DNA of 64,000 bases, taken from positions 6,732 through 70,731 of the forward strand of contig JAFCDB010000001.1 in NCBI GenBank assembly GCA_017609885.1, in the 5' to 3' direction. This document shows positions 19,070 through 29,236 of the stretch, one piece after another. Position 1 is the first letter of the stretch, and each line of letters begins with the position of its first letter. The notes beneath the pieces were generated by a model. The model made no database searches. It had not been told where the DNA came from and saw only the letters and a list, made by a program, of their open reading frames with translations. The stretch is from Candidatus Pacearchaeota archaeon. GTDB lineage: Archaea > Nanobdellota > Nanobdellia > Pacearchaeales > GW2011-AR1. The position numbers and the translations under genes are program-made.

Positions 19070-19678
19070 TTATTTTTTCTTCGCCTCCTTTTTACTTTCT
19101 TTCTTTGATTCTTCTTTTAATGTTTTTTCTGTTTCTTTTTTCTCTTTTATTTTGTCTTCTTCAATCCATTCTATTTTTCCAAGTCCTGGCTGTCTCATTG
19201 TTAAGCCGATTTTTGGCTCGCCCAGTTTGTAACTGACTGCTACAATTCTTGCAGCACAGGCGTCTCCTTTTTTCAGGCTTCGTTTTTTTGTTTTTCCTAT
19301 CAATGTATTTGTTTTTGAGAAGCTTACATAGTCATCCATTGTCTGGCTAATGTGAATCATTCCTTGTATTGCCCCCATGTCGATAAATGCCCCGAAATTT
19401 GTTATTTCGCTGATGATTCCGTGGACTAATTCCTGAATTTCAGGTTTCCAAACAACGAGTTCGAAGTTTGATTTGTAATATGCTGCGCCATCGCCGGGAA
19501 TGATGATTCCCTCTTCAATTCCTTTTACACCTGCAACAGCTATGACACTTCCAAGTTCCTTATCAAAATGCCCAATGTAGCTATTTTTCAACTGCTCTTC
19601 AACAGCCTCACTAGTAGGCAGACCAAAAAGCCTCGGTTCTACTCTTATAAAATCCTCCACGTCAATTAAATAGAACAT
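19070..19678 (-). CDS. rpoE1: RNA polymerase subunit Rpo7 (E')
   Basis: IPGDGAAY, FGAFI, GMIHISQ, KIGLTMRQPGLGK. Confidence 0.95.
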   Translation of the reverse strand: MFYLIDVEDFIRVEPRLFGLPTSEAVEEQLKNSYIGHFDKELGSVIAVAGVKGIEEGIIIPGDGAAYYKSNFELVVWKPEIQELVHGIISEITNFGAFIDMGAIQGMIHISQTMDDYVSFSKTNTLIGKTKKRSLKKGDACAARIVAVSYKLGEPKIGLTMRQPGLGKIEWIEEDKIKEKKETEKTLKEESKKESKKEAKKK

Positions 19679-19845
19679 TTTCTTATATTAAGTGGTAAAT
19701 GAAGGTTTATAAAATTTGCTACTTGTTTGTTTTTGCAGAAGCAACCTATATATCAGTTGTTAACTGAAATTAGTTTCAAGAAGTTTAGTATTTAAAATTT
19801 TGTGAGAAAAAAGGCGTTATTAGATTAAATAATTATTACACCAAA

Positions 19846-20397
19846 TTAGCTTATTGATAGCCCAAGATTTCCTGTTTCAGTACTTTGCAGTTCAACCATT
19901 GTTGGACAAATTGGACCTTGTGTTCGGCCGATGCAAACATCCTGGCAGCAAAATTCGAAAGTTGTTGTATTTAATGCATAATCTCCAATAGAATACGGAT
20001 AAATTAGTTCCCTTGTAGGGGAGTATTTATTGAGTTGGAATTTGTTTTCAAACGAAGATATAGCTGAGTTATCTATGTAAATTTTAGCTTCACAATCTAT
20101 ATAATCTTTTCCTGGAGGGAGTCTTGCGCTGACTTTGTAAGTAAGATCAAGGTCGCAATCTCCAGGATGTTTATTGCAATGTTCACAACCTAAACTCTGG
20201 CATTTTTCTTTTCCAAGATAACAATAACCATTACAACTGATATTGAGATCATCAATAGTTAAATCATAAGTGGATAGTTCTATTATAACTTCTGGATTCT
20301 TGAATTTATTTTTAAAAAGAACAAAGACTAATAAGACAAAAGCTATCATAATTAATATAGTAATTATCACCGCAGTTTTTTGAGCTTTCTTATTCAT
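19846..20397 (-). CDS. Cys-rich pilin-like surface protein
   Basis: MNKKAQ + hydrophobic stretch (class III-like signal); many Cys. Confidence 0.6.
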   Translation of the reverse strand: MNKKAQKTAVIITILIMIAFVLLVFVLFKNKFKNPEVIIELSTYDLTIDDLNISCNGYCYLGKEKCQSLGCEHCNKHPGDCDLDLTYKVSARLPPGKDYIDCEAKIYIDNSAISSFENKFQLNKYSPTRELIYPYSIGDYALNTTTFEFCCQDVCIGRTQGPICPTMVELQSTETGNLGLSIS

Positions 20398-20428
20398 AGA
20401 TATAGAAAGAATTTGAAATTTAAAAACT

Positions 20429-21427
20429 TCACTGTTTACCCGCATCTGCATCTTCTTTCCTGCGCAAGGAGAGTTCGGAAAAATCAATTTCCTCCTGTCC
20501 CTTTTTATTCTTCCTCACCAGTAACATCGTCCTCGACGGCACATGCTCATCAGCAATTTCATAATGTTCTAAAAATTTCAATAATTCTTTGCCAAAATTT
20601 CTAACATCATCCATTAGTGGCATATTCTCCACACTATAAAAATCCTGACTTGCTCCAACCCACATATAACTTTTCAGCTCAATAAACCACGGCATCCCGA
20701 TTTTTATCAGCTCGGCATAATTCTCAGGTTCAACCATATTTTCATTTTTAATCAAACTCAACCTTATTGCAGTCCTATATTTTCGCGTCTTTAGAATTTT
20801 CAAACTCTCCAACATCCGCTCCCAATAATCTTTAAACAACGGCCTGTCAATTTTCTTCATCAATTCTTTATTTGGCGCATCAATACTCAAATACAATTGT
20901 GTAACATTTTTAATTTTTTTAATTTCATTTGGATACTGCGCATTTGTCACAATAAAAGTTGAAATCTCCTGTTTATGAAATTCCTGTAAAAGTTCATTTA
21001 TCCTTGGATAAGTTATCGGTTCTCCTGTTAAAGACAAAGCAACGTGCTTTACATTTTTCATTTCATTTATTAATTTTTTATCAGCTCCTTTCAAACCCCC
21101 GAAACCTATCAACAATTTTGCATGTTGTTTTAAAGAATCGTTAATTATTTTTTTAGGACTGTCAACAACCCCATACCATTTTTCGCTTACAGGCGCTTTT
21201 TGCCCCCGCCAACAAAATTTGCATCGCGAAGCGCAAAACATCGAAGTTGTCATCTGCATGCATTGATGACTTTGAATCCCATAAAATTTATGTTTATAAC
21301 ATTTCCCTTTCCCACGCAGGCAATTCTTTGTCCATCCGCAAACTTTTACAGCTGAATGAGCTCCGACTACTCGATACTGCTGCTTTTTTAATTTTTTTTT
21401 GTAAGTTTCTGGAATTTGTTTTTTCAT
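20429..21427 (-). CDS. taw1: 4-demethylwyosine synthase Taw1/Tyw1
   Basis: HSAVKVCGWTK, CYKHKFYGI, CASRCKFCWR, ALSLTGEP. Confidence 0.93.
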   Translation of the reverse strand: MKKQIPETYKKKLKKQQYRVVGAHSAVKVCGWTKNCLRGKGKCYKHKFYGIQSHQCMQMTTSMFCASRCKFCWRGQKAPVSEKWYGVVDSPKKIINDSLKQHAKLLIGFGGLKGADKKLINEMKNVKHVALSLTGEPITYPRINELLQEFHKQEISTFIVTNAQYPNEIKKIKNVTQLYLSIDAPNKELMKKIDRPLFKDYWERMLESLKILKTRKYRTAIRLSLIKNENMVEPENYAELIKIGMPWFIELKSYMWVGASQDFYSVENMPLMDDVRNFGKELLKFLEHYEIADEHVPSRTMLLVRKNKKGQEEIDFSELSLRRKEDADAGKQ

Positions 21428-21479
21428 TATCTTAATACACAACATTAATCTTTAAAAACTTGCTTTTCTAATTTCAGGC

Positions 21480-21749
21480 ATGGAAAAAGACATTGGCAAG
21501 ATAAAAAAGAATGAAACAACAGAAATTGTTGTGAGAATCGACGACTTTAGCGGAAAAACAGGTGTCACAATTCGGGAGTTTGTCACAAGCGACAGATACA
21601 CAGGATTTACAAAAGCAGGAACAAGAATTCCCGCAGATAAATTTTTAGAATTCAGGGAGCTCGTAAATACAATCAACATCGAAGACCTTAGCAATTTAAA
21701 GACAGAATCAAAAGAAGAAATCAAAGAAGAAAAAGAAACAGCGAATTAA
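21480..21749 (+). CDS. PC4/YdbC-like ssDNA-binding protein
   Basis: VTIREFV...TKAGTRIP. Confidence 0.7.
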   Translation: MEKDIGKIKKNETTEIVVRIDDFSGKTGVTIREFVTSDRYTGFTKAGTRIPADKFLEFRELVNTINIEDLSNLKTESKEEIKEEKETAN

Positions 21750-21794
21750 TTAATCTCTCAAAAAACTTATAAACCCCCCTCCCCTTCACAGATT

Positions 21795-22484
21795 ATGAAA
21801 AAGCAGGTGGCAAAATCAGATTCAATTGCAGGTTATTTTTCTAAACTTTGGAAACTTTATTTTTACCCAAAAGAATTTTTCAAAAGCGTTGAAAAAGAAG
21901 AAGATTATTTTCCAATACTAAAAATATTTATATTTTTTTATCTTCTCTCGTTCATTGTTTCAATCAGCGTCGCGTTTTTCTTTATTTCAAATGATTTTGG
22001 AATTTATGATTTTATCTTTGCATTTATCACAGCGATAATCTTTTCTTTTTTGTACCCATTTGCAATTTCAGGAATTTTTCATATAGGAACTAAAATTTTC
22101 AAAACTAAAAAAGAATTTTTCAAAACTTTCAAGCCAGTTACTTATGCTTTAATTGTAGGAGCTGTTTATACAATTTTAACTTCAATTTTAATTATATTTT
22201 TTCCAATTGATAATAGTATTTTATATTCGGCTCAGCAAACACAGGACATGGAAATACTTAAACAGACATATATAGAATATTTTTCTCAACCTGGAGCAAT
22301 TATTGATGTTGTACTAACTGCTGTTGCTTTAATCCATATTTTTGCACTCTCGATTTTTGGAATCTCAAAGTTTCATAAGATCACAAAATCCAAAGCTGCA
22401 GCTGCGATTGTTATTTCGTCCTTGTTGTTTTTCGTGGCAATTACTTTAATCTCTATGGTTTATTATCTTGCAAATGCTTCATAA
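21795..22484 (+). CDS. Yip1-family membrane protein
   Basis: PKEFFKSV followed by five TM helices. Confidence 0.7.
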   Translation: MKKQVAKSDSIAGYFSKLWKLYFYPKEFFKSVEKEEDYFPILKIFIFFYLLSFIVSISVAFFFISNDFGIYDFIFAFITAIIFSFLYPFAISGIFHIGTKIFKTKKEFFKTFKPVTYALIVGAVYTILTSILIIFFPIDNSILYSAQQTQDMEILKQTYIEYFSQPGAIIDVVLTAVALIHIFALSIFGISKFHKITKSKAAAAIVISSLLFFVAITLISMVYYLANAS

Positions 22485-22521
22485 CCATAGATTTATTAAA
22501 TAATCATTTCCTTAATTTTAT

Positions 22522-22797
22522 ATGAAGAAAGCAGTGAAAATTACCATTAAAGGAACTGTTCAGGGTGTTTTTTTCAGAAATTTCGTCAAAGAAAACGCTG
22601 AAAAATTAAAGTTAAAAGGCTTTGTGAGAAATTTAGAAAACAGCAAAGTAGAAGTTTTTGCAGAGGGAGACATCGACAATGTTGACAAGCTTTTTGAAAT
22701 TTGCAAAAAAGGCCCAAAACATGCAGTGATAAAAGATATTCAGATTCAGGAACAGCCGTTTCAGGATTTCAAAGAATTTAAGGTTTTAAGAATCTAA
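22522..22797 (+). CDS. acyP: Acylphosphatase
   Basis: GTVQGVFFR, GFVRN, GP. Confidence 0.95.
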   Translation: MKKAVKITIKGTVQGVFFRNFVKENAEKLKLKGFVRNLENSKVEVFAEGDIDNVDKLFEICKKGPKHAVIKDIQIQEQPFQDFKEFKVLRI

Positions 22798-22812
22798 AAA
22801 ATAAAAAAGAAA

Positions 22813-23604
22813 ATGACAGAGAAAAGCATGAAAAAAGAGAATAAGAAAAAAAATTATTGGACTTTTGCAGTTGTCATTGTCTTAGTTTTAGTAGGAGTTT
22901 TAATATATCAAAACCGGAATAGCGAGATTGTAGATTTAACTGACATCGGTCCTGAACCCTTTTTAATCTCCCCCCAATTAGCAGAAGTTGCTGCTGAAGA
23001 TTATCTCTTGAAATACTCTCCAGGAAATTATCAAAACCTTGGATACTTTCCAGCATATAATCTTGACGGAGAAATAGAGGCATATTATTTTATATTCGTT
23101 TCAGAAGAATTTGAATTTGACAGTTTTGAAAAAATTGAGGAAATGGTTAGAACTATTGAAAATGAAGAAGACAGATATTATTATGACGATGTTCGAACAA
23201 TTATAGCAGGTGCTTGGACTACCCAGCGCCCAGTTGACAGGATTTTTGTTGGCCTTCCGCCTTTTATTGTTAAAAAATTCGACCTGCAAGAAACTTTAGA
23301 AGAGAATTTTATATTCGGAAGATTAATTCATTTAAATGTTATAGATGCCCGCTATGAAGTTGCAAGAGAGCCAGACATTATACTTGGAGAACCTCTTTTA
23401 GATGAATCTTATTTAATGGATGTTAAAAATGAGGAGTTGTCTGAAACTGCAGGAGAAGCCAGAGAAAGAATTAAAGAAGAAATAAAAGCAAGCAATAAAG
23501 AAATAATGGAAATGACTCCTGAAACCAGAGAGAATCATCTTGAGGGAATTATCAATCTAAAAGAAATGCATGTCGCAGAATGGAGAATGTATCAAACTTT
23601 ATAA
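22813..23604 (+). CDS. Membrane-anchored hypothetical protein
   Basis: Single N-terminal TM, acidic ectodomain. Confidence 0.6.
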   Translation: MTEKSMKKENKKKNYWTFAVVIVLVLVGVLIYQNRNSEIVDLTDIGPEPFLISPQLAEVAAEDYLLKYSPGNYQNLGYFPAYNLDGEIEAYYFIFVSEEFEFDSFEKIEEMVRTIENEEDRYYYDDVRTIIAGAWTTQRPVDRIFVGLPPFIVKKFDLQETLEENFIFGRLIHLNVIDARYEVAREPDIILGEPLLDESYLMDVKNEELSETAGEARERIKEEIKASNKEIMEMTPETRENHLEGIINLKEMHVAEWRMYQTL

Positions 23605-23626
23605 ATCATAGTTGTCTTGATTTAGA

Positions 23627-25099
23627 ATGAGCCGAGAAAAACAAATTATCGAAAACAGATTAAGAAAAATAAAAGAGTTGAGAGAGCAGGGCATAAATCC
23701 CTATCCTCATAAGTATAACAAAAAATTCAAAATTGAGGAGTGCTTGAAATTCAAACTTGGAACAAAAGTAAAAACTGCTGGACGGATTATGACAAAGAGA
23801 AATCTCGGAAAAATATTTTTTGCAACCCTGCAAGATGGGTCAGGAAAAATACAGCTTGTTTTACAAAAAGATAAAACTCCTCAAAAACAATTTGAATTTT
23901 TTAAAAAATATATTGACAACGGAGATTTTATTGGGGTTGAAGGAAAAATAATAAAAACAAAGACAAAACAAATTTCAATCCTCGTCGACAAAGTAGAACT
24001 TTTATCAAAGGCAGTTTTGCCTCTGCCTGAAAAATTCCACGGATTAAAAGAAAAGGAAGACAGATATAGAAAAAGATACTTGGATTTGATTATGAATCCG
24101 GAAGTTAAAGATGTTTTTTTGAAAAGGGAAATAATCATTGATAGCATTCGAGAATTTCTAAAGGAAGAAGGATTTGTAGAGGTTGAAACTCCTACTTTGC
24201 AAACTATTTACGGGGGTGCTTCATCAAAACCATTCAAAACTCATTTAAATGCTTTAGATATTGAGTTGTTTTTATCTATTTCTCCTGAATTGTATTTGAA
24301 AAGATTAATTGTTGGAGGATTTGAAAGAGTTTTTACTGTATGTAAAAATTTTAGAAATGAAGGAATTGATGCATTCCATAACCCAGAATTTACTATGATG
24401 GAATATTATGTCGCCTATAAAAATTATGAATATCATATTAAGATGGCAGAAAAATTCTTTGACAAAATCAGGAAAAAATTAAAACTTGGAGATAAGATTG
24501 AATATCAAGGAAAACAAATTAATTTAAAAACCCCTTTCAAGAGAATTAAATTTAGAGATTTAATTTTTAAGGAAACTAAGATAGATATTGATAAAGCAGA
24601 TAACTTTGAAAAACTTGAAAAGGAAATTAAATTTAAAAAAATTAAAAATGTCGATATAAAAAATTGCCATCATTATGGATCTTTACTTGATGAGTTATAT
24701 AAAAAAGTTGCAAGACCAAAAATAATTCAACCAACTTTTCTAACTCATTATCCTGTTGAAATGATTGCTTTGGCAAAAAGAAATGAAGAAGATAAAAGAA
24801 AAATAAATTCTGTTCAGCTAATAATTGACGGAGCAGAAATTGTAAAAGCATATGACGAATTAAACGATCCCATTGACCAAGATAATAGATTAAAAGAACA
24901 GGCAAAACTTTTGAAAAAAGGAGACAATGAAGCTATGCCTATGGACGAAGACTTTGTAAATGCATTAAAGGTAGGAATGCCTCCAACTGCTGGATATGGA
25001 ATGGGAATCGATAGATTAGTAATGCTACTCACAAATCAACCTTCAATCCGCGATGTTATTTTATTTCCATTTATGAAACCAAAGGAGGAAATAAAATGA
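23627..25099 (+). CDS. lysS: Lysine--tRNA ligase, class II
   Basis: YRKRYLDL, SPELYLKRL, FRNEGID, GMPPTAGYGMGIDRL. Confidence 0.96.
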   Translation: MSREKQIIENRLRKIKELREQGINPYPHKYNKKFKIEECLKFKLGTKVKTAGRIMTKRNLGKIFFATLQDGSGKIQLVLQKDKTPQKQFEFFKKYIDNGDFIGVEGKIIKTKTKQISILVDKVELLSKAVLPLPEKFHGLKEKEDRYRKRYLDLIMNPEVKDVFLKREIIIDSIREFLKEEGFVEVETPTLQTIYGGASSKPFKTHLNALDIELFLSISPELYLKRLIVGGFERVFTVCKNFRNEGIDAFHNPEFTMMEYYVAYKNYEYHIKMAEKFFDKIRKKLKLGDKIEYQGKQINLKTPFKRIKFRDLIFKETKIDIDKADNFEKLEKEIKFKKIKNVDIKNCHHYGSLLDELYKKVARPKIIQPTFLTHYPVEMIALAKRNEEDKRKINSVQLIIDGAEIVKAYDELNDPIDQDNRLKEQAKLLKKGDNEAMPMDEDFVNALKVGMPPTAGYGMGIDRLVMLLTNQPSIRDVILFPFMKPKEEIK

Positions 25100-25197
25100 A
25101 CAAAAAAATCCTTAGAATCCTAGATTGGATTACCGTCAGCGTTGGAATAATCGCAGCAGTTGCTTTGTTGTATGGGATAGTTATATTAATCAAATAA
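25096..25197 (+). CDS. 33-aa single-TM micropeptide
   Basis: MNKKILRILDWITVSVGIIAAVALLYGIVILIK; ATGA overlap with lysS, GGAGG upstream. Confidence 0.5.
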   Translation: MNKKILRILDWITVSVGIIAAVALLYGIVILIK

Positions 25198-25198
25198 A

Positions 25199-25387
25199 AT
25201 GCCAAACCTAATAAAACAAAATAACATTAAGAAAATTGTAAAAGAAATTGACAAGGAAAACAAAGTCAGGAATATTGCCGGCGATGTATCTTTGGAGCTT
25301 GAGAAAAAAACAATTGAAGTTTTAGAAAAAGCAATTAAGCGCGCAAAAGAAAATAACCGAAGAACATTATTTGGAAGGGATTTATGA
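25199..25387 (+). CDS. Histone-fold protein
   Basis: KAIKRAKENNRRTLFGRDL resembles the histone-fold RxTxxxxD motif. Confidence 0.75.
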   Translation: MPNLIKQNNIKKIVKEIDKENKVRNIAGDVSLELEKKTIEVLEKAIKRAKENNRRTLFGRDL

Positions 25388-25992
25388 TGAAATTAAAAAA
25401 TGGTGAATGGGTGCTTGTAATTTTTAATTTGATTTACATAGCAGCGTTCTCAATTTATTATCTCTCTATAGGAAATTTAGAATTTTTAATTTATGTTGGA
25501 GTTATGATTTTCTTTTTTACCTTGATTTTTTCAACTCTAAGAAAAACAAATTTTGATTATCTTATTTTGTGGGGACTTTCAATATGGGGCTTTTTGCATA
25601 TGGCAGGTGGTGGAATAAGAATCGGCGACGGCGTTTTATACAGTGTAATTTTAATCCCTTTAATTAATTCCGGAGAATTTGTTTTATTTAAATTCGACCA
25701 ATTTGTTCATGCATTTGGATTTGGAGTTGCGACTCTTGTGGGCTGGCACTTGTTAAAACCCTATCTAAAAAAAGACATAAATTGCAAAGTTATTTATTTC
25801 CTGATTATCCTCATTGGAATGGGATTCGGAGCTTTAAATGAAATTGTTGAATTTATTGCAGTAATTGTACTCCCAGAAACCGGCGTAGGAGGATATTATA
25901 ACACTTCTTTGGATTTAGTTTTCAACACTTTGGGTGCGACTATCGCAGTGGGAATAATTCATTTAAGGAGGAAAATTATTGAAAAAAATTAA
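25384..25992 (+). CDS. DUF2238-like membrane protein
   Basis: HMAGG, FDQFVHAFG, NEIVEF, NTSLDL. Confidence 0.7.
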   Translation: MMKLKNGEWVLVIFNLIYIAAFSIYYLSIGNLEFLIYVGVMIFFFTLIFSTLRKTNFDYLILWGLSIWGFLHMAGGGIRIGDGVLYSVILIPLINSGEFVLFKFDQFVHAFGFGVATLVGWHLLKPYLKKDINCKVIYFLIILIGMGFGALNEIVEFIAVIVLPETGVGGYYNTSLDLVFNTLGATIAVGIIHLRRKIIEKN

Positions 25993-25993
25993 A

Positions 25994-26311
25994 ATGGAAG
26001 AAGTGCCTATAGAGATTTTGGCAATGTCGAGAGTCAAACATAAAAAATGGATGAAAGGGGGAAAGGCAGATGTAGTAGTGTGCTCAAATTTTGATTCTGG
26101 TTTCTCAAAAAAAATAAAATGTGATGAATGTGGAGAAGTTTGCTTCTATACTGAAGGCGAAAATTTAGACATGAAAAAAGAAAACATTAAAAAAATATGC
26201 AACAAATGTTGTTTATCTAAATATAAAGAGCACATGCATCCGGAGCAAATTGCTTTGATTGAATTGGCAATGAAAGTTGATGAGGAGGAAAAATATGGAG
26301 AAAATTCCTGA
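25994..26311 (+). CDS. Small Zn-finger hypothetical protein
   Basis: CDECG...CNKC. Confidence 0.5.
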   Translation: MEEVPIEILAMSRVKHKKWMKGGKADVVVCSNFDSGFSKKIKCDECGEVCFYTEGENLDMKKENIKKICNKCCLSKYKEHMHPEQIALIELAMKVDEEEKYGENS

Positions 26312-26780
26312 ACATAAAGCAACATTTAATGAAAAAGGCAAAGTAGTTTTAAAAAAAAGATCTGAAATAAAAAAAGGAAAATTATCAAGGGCAAGAGGTG
26401 CAAGATTTGAGTTAAAAGCAAGAGAATATTGGGAGAGCAGGGGATGGGCTGTTGATAAATGGACAAACAATGTTGATTTAGTTGGAAGCAAATTAATTAA
26501 AGCAAAAAGAAAATACAATCCGTTTAAGAAACTGCTTGTTGTTGGAACAGGATTCCCTGATTTTATTGTTATGAAACATCTTCATGAAGAAAAACATACT
26601 GTTGTTGGAATGGAGGTTAAAATAAATGGATTGCTTAGCAAAGAAGAAAAACAAAAATGCCAGTGGTTACTTGAGAATAATATTTTTAGTCAAATATTAA
26701 TAGCAAAAAAAGGAAATAAGCGCGGACAAATTGAGTTTATAGATTTTAAAGAAAAATGGGGAAAGAACATTCACGAATAA
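26295..26780 (+). CDS. PD-(D/E)XK nuclease, Hjc resolvase-like
   Basis: GARFE...GFPDF...EVK. Confidence 0.7.
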   Translation: MEKIPEHKATFNEKGKVVLKKRSEIKKGKLSRARGARFELKAREYWESRGWAVDKWTNNVDLVGSKLIKAKRKYNPFKKLLVVGTGFPDFIVMKHLHEEKHTVVGMEVKINGLLSKEEKQKCQWLLENNIFSQILIAKKGNKRGQIEFIDFKEKWGKNIHE

Positions 26781-26782
26781 AT

Positions 26783-27907
26783 TCACTTAATTCCTCTCTC
26801 AATTTCCATCAATCTTTTTAATTTTTCTTTTCTTCCTTTTCCTAAAATTCCTGTTTTAATAAAATCCCCCTGAAATCCAAAACATAAATCTGCTAAGATA
26901 TTGTCGGAAGTTTCACCACTTCTATGCGAAAAAATCATCACTATTCTTTTCTTCTTGCAAAACTCAACAATTTTTTCAACTTCAATAAGTGAACCATTTT
27001 GGTTGGGTTTTATAATAATTGCATTAATTGCTTTTTTCTTAATAGCCAATTTTATCCTCGACAAATTCGTAACAGTTAAGTCATCTCCAACAATCAGCCC
27101 TTTTGATTTAATTTTCGAAAAACCCTGAAAATCATTTTCCTCCAATGGATCTTCAAGATAATAAAATTTCTCTTTAATTTTTTTCATAAATTTTATCTGC
27201 TGTTCTTTTGTTAATTTTCTTTTGTAATTTTTATAATGATATTTTTTATTTTTATAAAATTCCGACGCTGCAATATCAATTCCAACTCTTGCATTAAATT
27301 TTTTTCCAATATTTTGCATAATTTTCATAATCTCTTCATTTGAAAAATCTGTCTGCCATGCATTTTCATCATTTGTTTTTTTTGATTTCAAAATCTTTTT
27401 GCAACTTTTCCAGGATTTTTTATTTATTTTTATTGCTTCTCTGAATTTTTTTGTTTTAGGGATAAAAAGAAATTCCTGAAAATCTGGACGCTTGCCAGAA
27501 CTGTGACTTCCTCCTCCAATTGCATTTCCTGCAGGAATTGGGATTTTTTTTGCATTTGAATTAATTAACTGCCATACTTGCTTCTTTTGTTCTTTTGCCA
27601 AAGCTTTGAGAAAAACATACTCTAAAGCAACCATTGTATTAGCTCCAATTTTTTTCCTGAAGATTTTCTCTAATTTTTTTAAGTCATCAAATTTCTCAAA
27701 TTTGATTTCTTTTAATTTAAAACTATTTATAACTGAAATATCTCTTGATAGACTCTTCTTCCACGGCTTTGCTTCAAACTTCCCCCGTGATTTTCCATTT
27801 GGTGCACTTGCTTTAAATTTTCCAAAGTGATTGTTTAGTTCTACTTGGATTGTTGGATCACCACGCGTATCTCTAATTTTTCTTGCAATTAACCTCTTTA
27901 TTTTCAT
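26783..27907 (-). CDS. eno: Enolase (compact, 374 aa)
   Basis: DTRGDPT, FQEF, EDP, VGDDL, IKPNQNG, SHRSGET. Confidence 0.93.
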   Translation of the reverse strand: MKIKRLIARKIRDTRGDPTIQVELNNHFGKFKASAPNGKSRGKFEAKPWKKSLSRDISVINSFKLKEIKFEKFDDLKKLEKIFRKKIGANTMVALEYVFLKALAKEQKKQVWQLINSNAKKIPIPAGNAIGGGSHSSGKRPDFQEFLFIPKTKKFREAIKINKKSWKSCKKILKSKKTNDENAWQTDFSNEEIMKIMQNIGKKFNARVGIDIAASEFYKNKKYHYKNYKRKLTKEQQIKFMKKIKEKFYYLEDPLEENDFQGFSKIKSKGLIVGDDLTVTNLSRIKLAIKKKAINAIIIKPNQNGSLIEVEKIVEFCKKKRIVMIFSHRSGETSDNILADLCFGFQGDFIKTGILGKGRKEKLKRLMEIERGIK

Positions 27908-27939
27908 AAAATAAAAAAGAAATTAAGGTTTATTAAAGT

Positions 27940-28326
27940 TTAGAATTCCCAAGTTTCTAACAAAGTTCGCAAACACTCTCCATCTTTTCTTTGATCTCCT
28001 TTTGAGCCATAATTATCAAAATAATCAATTGTCCTTTTTGTAAATACTTTAACAATCCCTTCGCGAACTTGTCCCTTATTCAACCCTATCTTACGCGCCA
28101 TACTAATTCTCTTATTTGTCTCATGATCCAAATACCTTTCAAAAGCATACATCCTCGGTTCCTTACCATATCTGGGTGTATCATCCTGCATCCACTCTAT
28201 ATTAATTCTTTTTATAATCCATCCTAAAAAATCATCAAAATCACATTTAAGTTTGTCAAAATTCTCTTGCTCAAAAGTTTCCTTCATTAAATCCAAATCA
28301 TTCCTATAGACGTGCATTACAATCAT
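27940..28326 (-). CDS. Hypothetical protein
   Basis: 128-aa ORF. Confidence 0.45.
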   Translation of the reverse strand: MIVMHVYRNDLDLMKETFEQENFDKLKCDFDDFLGWIIKRINIEWMQDDTPRYGKEPRMYAFERYLDHETNKRISMARKIGLNKGQVREGIVKVFTKRTIDYFDNYGSKGDQRKDGECLRTLLETWEF

Positions 28327-28381
28327 TAAAAAATTATAAACTTAAACTATAAAAATATTTGTATAATAAGAAACAACACAA

Positions 28382-28768
28382 CTATTCAATTTCTCCCTTT
28401 CCACTCTCTGTCCCCTCCCCTTCCTCATCCCGAGGATTAGCAAGCTCCATAATTTCTCCTTCCTCTGCAATTTCCTTTTCCTCCTCAATTTCTTTTTCAA
28501 TTATTTCTTTGTCTTTATTTTTAGGTTCTGCAGTTTTCTTAATCTTCACACTTTTCTTAGCAGGCATTGGCTGTTTAACTGTAATTGGCAAAACATCATT
28601 TTCAAATTCAACTTTAGCAATTTCCATAGGATCATAATTCAATTTTTCTAATTTGCTTTTTTCAATTTTTTTCAAAAGCGGAGCATCCATTGCAATCTGT
28701 AAAGCCCTGGCTCCTAAAACCCGCGTCTTCTCATACTTTGTTAACTCATGTGCTTTTGGTTCTGCCAT
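28382..28768 (-). CDS. rpoK: RNA polymerase subunit Rpo6 (K) with acidic tail
   Basis: TKYEKTRVLGARALQIAMDAP...LPITV. Confidence 0.95.
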   Translation of the reverse strand: MAEPKAHELTKYEKTRVLGARALQIAMDAPLLKKIEKSKLEKLNYDPMEIAKVEFENDVLPITVKQPMPAKKSVKIKKTAEPKNKDKEIIEKEIEEEKEIAEEGEIMELANPRDEEGEGTESGKGEIE

Positions 28769-28824
28769 TATGTAAATTCCCCCAGGAATTTATATCTTGA
28801 AAATTTCCTTATTTTCATTTTAAT
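28763..28824 (-). repeat. 62-bp leader unit with 16-codon micro-ORF, copy upstream of rpoK
   Basis: Near-identical to 30766-30827; encodes MKIRKFSRYKFLGEFT* with TAATG overlap. Confidence 0.8.
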
Positions 28825-29236
28825 ATGCTGCAAATTTTCCTTCTTCATCTTTTGCAATATGATAACCAAATAATTCTTCAACAAATTCTCCATTTTCATC
28901 AACTTGTTCTGCAACTACATATAAATTTGTTCCACCAAAATAATCTGAAAATTCGGTTATAATTTCAATAAGATTTTTAATAGGTGCTCCTAACTGAAGA
29001 GCATGTCTTTCTTTGTGCACTTCAAAATTTAAATTTCCTTCGCCAACAAGATTCCAAAAATCATTTGTTTTATAACCTTTAAATTCTCCTTCACCTACAT
29101 ATACTGCAAATCTAATAGGAATTTTTCCATTATTAATAATTAGTTTTGTTGAATTTTTCAAAATCATTGAACTCATTTGATTATGAAGTCTTTCTTTTTT
29201 AATCTTCCCCTCTTCAAATACAATTAAACTTTCCAT
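28820..29236 (-). CDS. Hypothetical protein
   Basis: Abuts the rrp42 stop. Confidence 0.55.
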   Translation of the reverse strand: MESLIVFEEGKIKKERLHNQMSSMILKNSTKLIINNGKIPIRFAVYVGEGEFKGYKTNDFWNLVGEGNLNFEVHKERHALQLGAPIKNLIEIITEFSDYFGGTNLYVVAEQVDENGEFVEELFGYHIAKDEEGKFAAY

